From Thecamonas trahens ATCC 50062 (taxonomy: Eukaryota > Protista > Apusomonadida), in contig NW_013657650.1 of the NCBI RefSeq assembly GCF_000142905.1, forward strand, positions 342,748-406,747: a stretch of DNA of 64,000 nucleotides. The letters are read 5' to 3'. The notes under the pieces were generated by a model. It saw nothing but the letters and a program-made list of their open reading frames with translations, was not told the origin of the DNA and made no database searches. Every line of letters begins with the position of its first letter. Position 1 is the first letter of the stretch. The position numbers and the translations under genes are program-made. This document shows, piece after piece, positions 32,206 to 42,752 of the stretch.

Positions 32206-32973
32206 CCCTTAGCGGCACGGTCGCTCGGACGCGTTGTCGCGCGTTTCAAAGTGAGCAACTCGATGATGCCTGACTTCCCGGTGGGAGGCGCGCCCGCACG
32301 TGATGACGGCCGACACGTAGACGCCCGCCTGAAGGATGCCCGAGTTGCCGTCGCGGTGACGGACGCCTGGGAGCATGGGCGATGCGTGCGAGGTGCTGCA
32401 CGGCGCCGATCCGGAGGAGCGGCGGGCCGCGATGGACAAATCTGTCAATAAAAAGTAAAAATGCCCCCCCCCCCCTCCCTCCTCCGGCACATGGGGCCAT
32501 TCCAGGTACAACAATTTTGGCGCGCTTTCGACCGAAGCGGTCTGCGGAGGAAATATATTTTTCTCTTTCCGGCGACGGCGACCTGGTATGCGCGCCAAGA
32601 CGACCGCGGCAACGACTGAGGAGCGGCGCCGGGACATAGCGGCGTTGTTTGTTAGGGAGGAAAGAGGGAGGAGCTTGAGTGAGCCGCAGTAGCAATGACG
32701 ATAATGCGAAAGTCATGGATGATTCCAGGAAAGGCAACTGCGGGACAGCGCAATGCGCACGTGAGGCGACGCATGCCGGCGACAGATTTGCAACGTTTGT
32801 ATAATTTTTTTCGGAGAATAGGCGCGTGCCGAGATGAATGGCAAAATCGAGAGCGTTCCATAAGTTCCTCACGCGAGAGTAGAGCGGGGGGAGAGCAAAG
32901 AGGAAGTGGTGTACAAGAGACACAGCTCTCTCCAAGCAAAGGCGCCTGCATATCAGGTAGTAGCGAGGTAGTC

Positions 32974-35900
32974 ATGTCTGAGTCCTTCCTTATTGCCTCA
33001 ACAGACCGTGCCACAGCTCGCCTTGAGAGTGTCACGGCCAGTACTTCGGTGCGGTCGCCAACTGACGCTGGCGACTCGGACGCCGCCGGCGGCGGAGGTG
33101 GAGGCCGAGTGAGTGCCCCACGCCCAACCGCTGCTAGCCCTTGTCGACCGGGCGTGCCCGCCGCAGCATGAGTGTCCGCCGCTCTGCTCGTCGCTCCGGC
33201 TCGTCCCACCTTGTCGCCTCGTCCACTGGCAGCATGTTGTCAATGTGGCCCATGCAACCAGCGGGTTTTGCCGAACCGTTCGAAACTTCGGTGTCTCCGG
33301 TGGGAAGCCCCGAGGGTCCCGGCGCAACATCGGTGGGCGGCGAGTGGCTCGACGGCTCGGTGAGCGCCCGCCGTAGGAGCTCGTCCCGCGGCTCTCGCGG
33401 ACTGGTCCATCCCATCTCCTCGCCGTCGCCGGGCAAGTCGTCGACTCCATCGTCGCCGTCAAAGTCTTCCCCTTCGCCACGCCCCGGGCGGAAGCGCCGC
33501 AATGAGGATGGCGACAACAACGACATTGTCGCCGCTCTCGCCGCTGCTGCCGCAAGCGCCGGCCCGACGGCCGGCTTTGTCGACAACCTCACGATCGACT
33601 GCTATGGCTCGGATACCGGAACATCGATCGGTGAGCTCACGCCGCGGCGGATCAGTGCCCGGCTCCGGCAACAGCGGCGGAACAAGGAGAAGCAGGCAAG
33701 TCGCGTCGCGCCCGAGGCTGGGTCTGGTAGCGGGCGGGCGAGACGCGTCGCGCCCGATGCCGGGTCCGGTAGCGGGCGGGCGAGGCGCGTCGCGCCCGAT
33801 GCCGGGTCCGGTAGTGGGCGGGCGAGGCGGCGGTCACGTCGTGGCTCGGGAGGCTCGAGCGGGCGGTCCCGTCGTGGCTCGGGAGGCTCGAGCGGGCGGT
33901 CCCGTCGTGGCTCGGGAGGCTTGAGTGGGCGGCAGTCGCGACAATCGAACCGCAAGCGGTCGCGTGCAGACAAGCGCCAGCAGAAGAAGGCCAAGCAGAA
34001 GAAGGTCTCGATTGGCAAGGGGAAGGGTTCGGAGTCGGACTGGTGGTCGGACGACGAGGGTGCGAGTGGAGTGGCTGGCCATGCCGAGAAGAGTGAGCCC
34101 AAGACTGTGGGAGCGGTGGAAGCAAAGGGATCGGCATCAAAGTCGAACTCGAGCTCGTGCTCTGATACTGGCACGGTCCAGTTTGCGCGGCCTGTGGTGG
34201 ACATGACAGGGCTGAATGAGTACCACCCGTCGCCAGCCGGCTACAGCGACGGGTACAACGGCGATGCATACGAGCCCGAGTGGATGGGCACGCTGGAGGA
34301 GACTGCGGCGCGGTGCTCGTCGCCGGGGCGGACGCGGTACGCCAAGCGAATTTACTCTGTGGCCATGCCGAACGTACACCTTCCCGCGGCGGCGCAATCG
34401 CATTCGAAGCGGTGGATTTCGTCACACCCGCAGGAGCTTGTCGAGGCCGTGGCCAAGTCGCTTCCTGTGAGTGCGTACCAGTCCGCGCCGCAGTCGCTCA
34501 ACATCACGCTGGCAGCGTCGTCGATAGGCGATCCACTGGTGGGCATCACGCCTACGGGCGAGCGCGTGACGCGGTCCGCTATGGCCGAGTCGCGGACAAT
34601 CGACTGGCGCGAGCTGTACCAGTCGTCGGAGAAGCACAGAAGCGCGGCGAAGCGGTATCAGGAGGAAAACCCCCTGGCGGCGCGGTCTCTGTCGTCGCCG
34701 GTGCGGCCGGTCAACCCCGAGTACGGGTACGGTGCGCATGGGCTCTCGCGCGGGGCGGTGGACCGGCAGCAGCTTCTTGCGGAGGGCATCGACCTTGTGT
34801 TCAAGGGAGGCGGGGCAAAGGGCAACGTGTTCATCGGAGCCAACCAGGCGCTTATCAAGCGCGGGCTCAAGCACCGGCGGATTGTGGGCACGTCTGCCGG
34901 AGCGTTCAACGCCATGATGCTGGCCATCGGCGTGCCGCCTGCGGAGCTGCACAGGACCATCCTGTCGGACATGCGGAACAACGTGGGCGAGGTGAAGCCG
35001 GCGATGGAGGCTGTCATGCTCGACCTGCCGCTGCCGAAGGACTGCCCCCAAGAAGACCGCGAGGACTCGCTGGTGATGAAGGCGCTCCGAGCGATCTCGC
35101 CGCCGCTGGTGCCCCAGGTTGTGGACTCGATTCTGCAGTGGGGCGTGGTCAACATGCTCTTCAACCACTCGCAGCTGTTCCGGCTCGGGCACTCTGTGGT
35201 GGAGCTCGGCGGAGCGCTTGTGGGCGAGATGGTTGTGCACTACCTCAACGACCTCATGCACGAGTACTACCCCGAGGCGCTGGGCCACATTCCGGAGCCG
35301 ACGCTGGAGGACCTGTACCAGGCAACGGCGGCAGACCTGACGGTGGTTGCTGCCGACGTGACCAACGAGCAGCGGCTGATTCTCAACCACCGGACGGCGC
35401 CCAACTGCCCGGCGGCGTGGGCGGTGCGGATGTCGATGGCGCTGCCTGCGGCGTACCGGTACGTGGTCTGGCGGGAGGAGTGGGGTCTTTACATGGGCGG
35501 GAGCGAGGTCATCGGGGCGCGGGTCGTCGACGGCGGCATTGTGGACGTCTTTCCGCTCGACCTCCTCCTTGACTCGGACCCTATTGTCATCCACGCCATG
35601 GGCCGTGAGCACGAGTTCAAGTACGAGGCAGACATGCGGCCGATGATCGGCTTCCTCATCGACGACGACCTCGAGGTGCCGGACGCGCCGCCGCCGCCGC
35701 ACACCGAGTCGAGCGGCATCGTCGCCGCCGTCACCTCGTTTGGCCCGGTCAAGTACCTCTCCGGCATGCTTGACACTGCGCTCTCTGCCGGCTATCACAC
35801 CATCCAGGAAGCATTCCCCGACCTCGTTTGCCCGCTCCCTGCACAGGGCTACGATACAATGGAGCTCGCCATGACTGCCGAGCGCCTCGAGGCGCTCATT

Positions 35901-35993
35901 GCTGCTGGCGAGGCTGCAACCGACAAGTTCCTTGACACTGTCTGGCCGCTCACCCGCAAAACCCGCTCGCCGCTGCGGCGAATCGGTATCTAA
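32974..35993 (+). CDS. Patatin-like phospholipase with a long disordered N-terminus; possible -1 frameshift near 33138
   Basis: GGGAKG oxyanion motif, GTSAG nucleophile elbow, VRMSMALP, VDGG catalytic Asp. The start is either 33168 or 32974; the latter needs one C added at CCC 33138-33140, directly after an in-frame TAG in the downstream frame. Confidence 0.85.
33702..33932 (+). repeat. Coding tandem repeats: 3 x 42 nt (RVAPDAGSGSGRAR) then 3 x 33 nt (RRGSGGSSGRS)
   Basis: Directly visible near-identical, in-frame units. Confidence 0.9.
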
Positions 35994-36108
35994 GTTGGTG
36001 CCGTAGTGCACATACGCCGCAGCTGCGCAAGCAGGAGTAGCAACGGCAAAACAATGAAGCGGACCAGGCATATAAGGGTGTGATTCTGAGTGTATGTGGG
36101 CGGCTCAG

Positions 36109-38112
36109 CTACGAAGACGACGAGTCCGAGTCCGAGTCCGAGTCGGAAGACGAGGAGTACGAGCCGGACGAGTCGAGCGAAGACGAGGATGACGAGGAGG
36201 AGGCGGCAGCCGAGGTGTCTGGAGCGGTGGTGGACGAGGCCGAGGCGGAGGGCGCGGCGGCCGAGTTGGACTGTGCGTCGGCGGCGTCGGCAGCGTTGAC
36301 GTCGGCGTTGGCGGGCAGACCCGAGTCTGCGACGAGGTCGCCGATGCCGCCTGCGGCGGCGACGGGGACCTTTGACTGGCGGCGACCCTTCTTGGCTTTG
36401 AGGCGGGCAGCTTTGGGCATGTCAACGCAGTCGACGGGGATGGTACCTGCAGTGCCGTCCTTCTTGCGGATGAGGAGGTCGCCCGACTTGACGGTCTTGA
36501 CGATGGTGACCTCTTCGCCGACGTCGACGGCGACGTCCTTTTCCGAGACCGGGACAAATGCCTTCTTGACGGTGACAAAGAGCTTGCGGGACTCGATGAC
36601 GAGCTGAATCATGGCCTCGAAGCGGGCCTTGACATGGTGCAGGATGGCCTCGTTCTCGGGCACGATCTTGTACACCTTGCACTTGCGGGTGCCTGGCACG
36701 CGCGGGTGAAGAGTGATGACCGGCACGCCGTCGGTCATCTGGAAGTCGTACGAGTAGATCTGGGTAAAGGGGAAGTTCTTGACGTTGGAGCGCGAGACAA
36801 AGGAGACTTGCTCGGTAGAGATGGTGAGATGGAATGACTGGTGGCCGTTGATGACCTTGACCACGTACGAGACCGGGGCCGATGGTGGAATGTCGATGAC
36901 CTTGGCGGGCGTCTCGGCGGCGGCGACAACGGCGTAGCCGCCGGTTTCGTTCGGGCCGGTCACACGGTAGCCGTTGCGGTCGACAAAGGCCTGCAGCCGC
37001 TCGGTCTTCTCCAGCCGGGCAACCTTGAGGAAGGCGTCGATCCAATCGAGGAGGTCGGTCTCGGTCGTTGCCGCCATGTAATATGTTCTCCGGCCGGGCC
37101 CAGTGACACAAAACTCGAACGGCTTGCCGTGCTCGCCCTCGTCGACAAGGTCGAGCGTCTCGTAGTCCTTGAGCGTAAACGAGCCGTTGCGGCGGCCGAC
37201 CTGTGCGTCGTCAACGCTCTCGTGGTACGAGACGGCAGCACCGTCGAGCACAAAGTACCGCCGGCGCCACGTCCGATGAAACTCGCCCATCTTGTACAGC
37301 CAGCCAGCATGGTAGACGCCGCTTGGCGGCTCCTCGCCCGCCGGCACCAACTTCATGCCCATGCCCTGAAACACGTTCATCCACGCATCCTTCTCCTCCT
37401 CCGAGTCTGCCGCCATGAAGAACGTCCTCAGCCCAGCGCCCGAGATCTGGAACTCGTGATCCTTCTGATGAACCGACTCATCGACAGGAGCAACATACTG
37501 GGTTGGGCGGGTGTACACGTGACTGTGAGTAAATATGTTTTTCGTTGAAATTGGCATGGGCGAGCCGAGTCGAGTAGCTTTCCCTTTCAAACACACACAC
37601 ACACACACACACCACCACATCACACACACCACCACATCACACAGCATCAAAGCTAGTGAAGGAGAGAGGAGGCGGGGGAGAGGAAGGGGGGGGGGGAGGG
37701 GGAGGGGGTGGTTATGATGGACATGATGGACATGATGGACATGATGGACATGATGACGGTGGGAGCGATGGGAGCGGGAGCGGTGTTGTGAAAAAGGGGG
37801 AGGGAGGGGGGGGGGGGGGGGGGGGGGAACAGGGGTCATGTGGTAGTGGTGGTTGGCAGCAGGGAGCAGGGAGCAGGGAACAGGGGAGGGGGAGGTGAGG
37901 GAGGTGAGAATGCGTACGGTGTAGACATGGAGCGGGATGATGGCAATGGGGAGCTTTGTCTTCTTCTTTGCCGAGGGATCCTTCTTAAAGTACGACATGC
38001 GCTGCTTCTCGGCGTCGAGGACAAAGTAACGACGCTTCCATGACTTCTTGAGCGCTCCGCGCTTGGTTAGCCAGCCCGAGTGGCTCACCGTAGGCTCAGA
38101 CGTAGAAGCCAT
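36109..38112 (-). CDS. PH-PH-(PH-like)-SH3 adaptor protein; intron 37498-37917
   Basis: PH1 HSGWLTKRGALKKSWKRRYFVL...FFMAADSEEEKDAWM is interrupted by a 420-nt GTACGC...TACTCAC...CCAG intron. PH2 HAGWLYKMGEFHRTWRRRYFVL. SH3-like VKKAFVPVSEKDVAVDVGEEV...GTIPVDCV. Ser/Asp-rich tail. Confidence 0.85.
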   Translation of the reverse strand: MASTSEPTVSHSGWLTKRGALKKSWKRRYFVLDAEKQRMSYFKKDPSAKKKTKLPIAIIPLHVYTVRILTSLTSPSPVPCSLLPAANHHYHMTPVPPPPPPPLPPPFSQHRSRSHRSHRHHVHHVHHVHHVHHNHPLPLPPPLPLPRLLSPSLALMLCDVVVCVMWWCVCVCVCLKGKATRLGSPMPISTKNIFTHSHVYTRPTQYVAPVDESVHQKDHEFQISGAGLRTFFMAADSEEEKDAWMNVFQGMGMKLVPAGEEPPSGVYHAGWLYKMGEFHRTWRRRYFVLDGAAVSYHESVDDAQVGRRNGSFTLKDYETLDLVDEGEHGKPFEFCVTGPGRRTYYMAATTETDLLDWIDAFLKVARLEKTERLQAFVDRNGYRVTGPNETGGYAVVAAAETPAKVIDIPPSAPVSYVVKVINGHQSFHLTISTEQVSFVSRSNVKNFPFTQIYSYDFQMTDGVPVITLHPRVPGTRKCKVYKIVPENEAILHHVKARFEAMIQLVIESRKLFVTVKKAFVPVSEKDVAVDVGEEVTIVKTVKSGDLLIRKKDGTAGTIPVDCVDMPKAARLKAKKGRRQSKVPVAAAGGIGDLVADSGLPANADVNAADAADAQSNSAAAPSASASSTTAPDTSAAASSSSSSSSLDSSGSYSSSSDSDSDSDSSSS

Positions 38113-38206
38113 GTTGAGGTGTAGGGGGTGGGTGATGGGGTGGGCGTGGGCGTGGGGTGGAGTGGGGTGGAGTGGGGTGGGGTGGGGTGGGAGTGTGGTG
38201 GGTGGG

Positions 38207-38306
38207 NNNNNNNNNNNNNNNNNNNNNNNNNNNNNNNNNNNNNNNNNNNNNNNNNNNNNNNNNNNNNNNNNNNNNNNNNNNNNNNNNNNNNNNNNNNNNN
38301 NNNNNN
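38207..38306. other. Assembly gap (100 N)
   Basis: Run of n characters. Confidence 0.99.
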
Positions 38307-38635
38307 ATCAGAATCTCCTTGGGAGCGCATTGCCCTTCTCATTTTTCTCTACCTCTAAAGTTGCTTGAACGCCTTGCGCACCTATTCCAGCGGGCATTCA
38401 GGGTATAATGAATATCCGTTAGTGGGCCAGGTTTGAGTAAGCCCATCTGGCGATGCCCCCATTAATCACACAGCGCCTTCTTAGTACTTCAAACACCGTT
38501 CAGATAGCACCCATCAATGTTTCTTTTTTCATCAAACACGGCAATGCGTTGGTCACCTTTGTTGATAGCCGCTCCCGAGTGAGTTACGACCGGGGGCGGG
38601 GGACGGGGGGGGAGGAGTTGAGCAGATGTGTGTGT

Positions 38636-39995
38636 TCACTTGAACAGACGCGCATCCTCGAGCTCGTGCGAGTCGATGGGCGCGTTCCAGACGGCGGCGG
38701 GACGGAAGCGACGGAGGGTGCGGATGGCCAGCTGCTCGATGGAGGTGGCCTTGAGGTTGAGGTCGGCCAGAGTGGCGTCGCCGTCAGGGACGACCTCGTC
38801 GATGAGGGCGCGGGCGACGGTATCGTCTGAGAACTTTGTGTTGGGCAGGCGGGCGAGGTACTTGCCGGCAAAGGCGAGCGGAGCGACCGGGAGGTCGAGG
38901 AGGCGCGGCTCGATGCGGACCATGTCAAAGACAAAGTGGGCGAGCTGCGACATGGTAAGGGCGTCGGGCCCGACAATCGAGTACGACTTGCCGGCCGAGT
39001 CAGTACGGTCGAGGGCGGCGACGATGGCGCCTGCAGTGTCGCCGACGGTGACCGGCTGGACAACCTGTGCGCCGCCGTTGACGACCGGGATGGTCTTGAT
39101 CGACTTGGCCAGGCCGCCGAGCACGTTGAGGAACTTGTCCTCCTCGCCGACAATGGTCGCCGGCTTGATGAACGTGGCCGAGGGGAAGGCCTTGCGGACG
39201 GCAACCTCGCCGGCAGCCTTGGAGGCAAAGTACCGCGACGACGAGCCGGAATCGGCGCAGAGGTGCGAGACGTGGACGAGCTTCTCGACACCGACATCGG
39301 CGGCCTGCTCGGCAACGGCGCCGGCAAGGTGCGCGTGGACGTGCTCGTACGGCCAGTTGACCGTCTCAAAGTCCGAGCCCATGAGGTTCACCACCATGTC
39401 GGCGTCGACAAGGGCCTCGCGGATCGACTCGGGCGAGCGCGGGTCAAACGGAATGGGCACAATCTGGCCGAGATCGCCCATGAGGCGGAGATGGCGCCAG
39501 TCGTGCTCATCGCCACGGTACGGAACAAGAACCTGCGTGCCCATGCGACCAAGCCGGTTGACCAGGTACCGTCCCACAAAGCCCGTAGCGCCAAAGACTG
39601 CCACCGTCACACCGCTCACCGACGACCGCCCGCCAGCGCCACCACGCGCCACAGAGGCTGTAAGGTCGCCGGTGGCCTCCAGCGCAAACCCGTTAGCAGC
39701 AGCGCAGCCCGACAGCAGTGCCTACAACCACCCAGCCAAACACACGTATACATACCGGTTACCCATACCATAAGTCATACACTCCCTCGGTGCGCCCGCC
39801 CCCCCCCACACACACACCATGTTGGGGAGGATGACCCGCCCCGACCAAAAAATGGGCTGCCCGTCACCGCACCCATAGCCAAGGGAGGGAGAGGGGAGAG
39901 GGGAGAGAGGGGAAAGAGGAAAGGACAGAAGTAAAGGGACGTACCGTCTGCGTCCGCATAGCAGCAGCCATGTGCGTCCCCACACCGCGGAGCAT
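38636..39995 (-). CDS. NDUFA9: NADH:ubiquinone oxidoreductase 39-kDa subunit; intron 39722-39944
   Basis: Exon 1 MLRGVGTHMAAAMRTQT|GTACGT...GTAG| continues as ALLSG...RGGAGGRSSVSGVTVAVFGATGFVGRYLVNRLG...HLRLMGDLGQ and QPVTVGD, an atypical SDR signature. Confidence 0.95.
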
Positions 39996-40790
39996 TGTGT
40001 TGTGAGAGCCAGCGAGGTGTGCGGTCGTGAGGTCGTGGCGGGGCGAGTCGATCGGCGGGTGGTGTGGCATTGGCGGCTGAGGGGATTTGTGAGAAGGGGG
40101 GGGGGGTACCCGGTAGGTGACGGGATCGGGAGTGATCAGGGCGAGATCATTGACAGTGGCATGATGTGGGTGATGAGGGCGATGACACGGAGCGGAGGGG
40201 CGGAAGGGCGGAGGGGCGGCGGGGCGGAGGAGCGGAGGGGGGGGGAGTTGAGCGCTCTCGCGGCCCGCGAGAGGGTGCGATGATCGTTGCAGAGAAAGCG
40301 TCAGTAGAGTTAGTTGTGACCATCAGCGGGTTGGACTAGGAGAGGAGGGGGAAGGAGGGTGTGGCGATGGGGAGAGCTGGGTTTTCCTCTGGATGTGGAG
40401 GGCAGCAGAGTGCAGCAGAATCAAAGATCAAGAGAAAATGTCGGCTAGTGGTGAATGTAGCAGCAGCCACTCCCTCTCTGTATGCTCATGATTTGTGCTC
40501 ATTGCGATGACAGGAGACCCCTCTCGCGAGACCTGTCTCTTGCTCTCAGGCTCACGCTCGATGATGCACTGGAGCTGTGCGTGGCAAACCTAGCAGGTAT
40601 TCCCCAGCGAGCACCTCCTCCCCCTCCCCATCTCAAACTATTTTTCATCCCAGACCCACCCCCCACCCCCCACATGTTCGAATGCTCGCGGGTCATGGTT
40701 GGCTTGACACCGGCACCTCGGCACCTCCGCTGCGTCTCTGCTCCCCACCTCACACCTCACGCTCGTGGTGCACCTCGACGTACTCCAAGC

Positions 40791-42657
40791 ATGTCCTCTG
40801 CACTGCACGGCTTCACCATCTGTGCCACAGGCAAGTTCCCAGTCACTCGCTCAGCGCTCTCCAAGACGCTCGAAGCGCACGGGGCGACGGTGGCCAGCTC
40901 GGTGACCAAGAAGGTATGGAAAACAGGGCGGGGGCGGGTGGGGGGTGTGTGTGGAAAAAAAAATGAATTTCATGCACTCCGTCCGTCATGTACTCACCAG
41001 GGGAGCAAAACAGGTGACGCATCTGCTGGCCGAGGGCGACAACTCGTCGGCAAAGTACAAGAAGGCTGTGGCTAATGGCGTGACGATTGTGGATCTGGCG
41101 TGGCTGGAGGCGGCGATCGGCCCGCTGGCGGGAGGCGGCAGCGGCAGCGGCGGGGCGCAGCCGTCGCGTCCGGGAGTGGTCACCCGGCGGTCGACCCGGA
41201 AGCGCAAGGCGGCGGCGGGTGCGGCGGCAGCGGATGACGATGACGATGACGAGGACGCGGCTGTTGGTAAGCCGCTGGCTGGCAAGGTGGTGTGCGTCTC
41301 GGGAACGATCTCGCTCGGCAAGCGGGCCGAGGTGGCCAAGATGCTCGAGGATCTCGGGGCGACGGTCTCGGGGTCGGTGACCAAGGCGACAACGGACTTG
41401 CTCTCGGACGGCAACACCGGGAGCTCCAAGTACACCAAGGCGGTTGCGAAGAGCATTCCAATCCACGACGAGGCGTGGCTGGCGGCGCTTGTGAACGGTA
41501 GCGGGAGCGGGAGCGGAGGCAGCGCAACAAGCTCGGTGGCAAGTACGGCCGGGGCGACGGCGGCAGCCAGCGGTGGGAGCAACAAGAAGCAGAAGACGCT
41601 GTCGGGCGCGGCGGCGACGCTGCCTGTGGACGACGCGTGCCAGCTGCAGGGCGCACAGGTTGTGGAAAACTACTCGTGCATGCTCAACCAGACCGACATC
41701 CGGCGCAACGCCAACAAGTTCTACCGCATCCAGGTGCTCTCGACGCCTGGCCCGGTCTACCATCTGTACACGCACTGGGGCCGCGTCGGCGCGCGTGGAC
41801 AGGACAAGACCCAGCGGTGCTCGTCGCTTGCGGACGCCATCACGGGCTTCAAGAAGAAGTTCTCCGCCAAGACGCTCAACTCGTGGGACAACCGGGCGTC
41901 GTTTGTCCAGCGGCCGGGCAAGTACCAGCTGATCGGCCTTTCGCACGGCGAGTCTGACGACGACGAGTCTGACGACGACGAGTCTGACGAGGGGACCGGC
42001 GGTGGTGAAGAGACCGGCGGAGCCGGAGCGAGTGGAGGCGCCGCAGGCAACGACGGCGGCTCTGACGACTACCTCTTCTCTGGGCGGCTCAAGTCGGGCG
42101 AGCTGCTGTACATCATTGAGAACGACATCTGCGAGGTGGAGGCCGACTGCGTGGTGCATCCGACGGCGTCGCACATCTCGACGGGCGGGCAGGTCGGGCG
42201 GGTGCTTGCGCTCGCCGGCGGAGCCGGGTTCCGCAAGGCCATCAGCGACTTCTCGGGCAGCATCCCGGTCAACGGGGCTGTCATCACGAGCGCCGGCGAC
42301 CTGCCTGCCTCGCACGTGGTGCACGTCAACTCGCCGTCGTTCAACGGGCGTGCGGCCAAGGCGTCGTACGCCGCGCTGGCCAAGACCATCCACGCTGCGC
42401 TGGAGACGGCGTCGGACGCCGGGCTCGTCTCGATTGCCTTTCCGTCGATCGGCTCGGGCGTCAACGGGTTTCCCAAGGACGGTGCCGCGCGGGTCATCCT
42501 CTCGGCCATCGGCGAGTGGTTTTCGGCTGTCGAGGCCGACGGCGAGGAGACCTCGCTCGACGAGGTCATCTTTGTGCTGTACGACCCAGCGTCGATGGCG
42601 TGCTACCGCAACCAATTCCAGGAGATCTCGTCGGGACTCATGGGCCACCTAGAGTGA
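40791..42657 (+). CDS. BRCT-BRCT-WGR-Macro (macroH2A-like) protein, 588 aa; intron 40914-41013
   Basis: BRCT1 LHGFTICATGKF...HGATVASSVTKK|VTHLL...KYKKA...VDLAWL. BRCT2 LAGKVVCVSGTI...SSKYTKA...DEAWL. WGR MLNQTDIRRNANKFYRIQV...HWGRVGARGQ...FKKKFSAKT...PGKY. Macro NDICEVEADCVVHPT...GGQVG...SIAFPSIGSGVNGFPK...FVLYD. The 100-nt intron is GTATGG...TACTCAC...ACAG. Confidence 0.92.
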
Positions 42658-42752
42658 GTTCCCAACGCAATGATGGCCTTAAGTAAAGCGGCGGCGCCGC
42701 TGTTGGAGCTATTGCCTCTTTACATGTTGTGTAGTGCTGGGGTGTGTGGCTA

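Noticed and set aside
32684-32743. Hammerhead ribozyme or SECIS element
   Set aside because: There is no CUGANGA core on either strand, SECIS helix II does not pair, and no upstream gene has an in-frame UGA.
37498-37917. His/Pro-rich insertion inside a PH domain, as given in the ORF track
   Set aside because: It is a 420-nt in-frame intron (GTACGC...CAG) with simple repeats; removing it restores a normal PH domain.
16975-42648. Long antisense or alternate-frame ORFs (e.g. 16975..18111+, 34422..36071-, 40843..42648-, 38628..39773+)
   Set aside because: Shadow ORFs caused by high GC3 codon bias opposite clearly identified genes; no domain motifs.
42060-42657. Calling the gene macroH2A or PARP
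   Set aside because: It has no H2A histone fold and no ART catalytic domain, so neither name applies.
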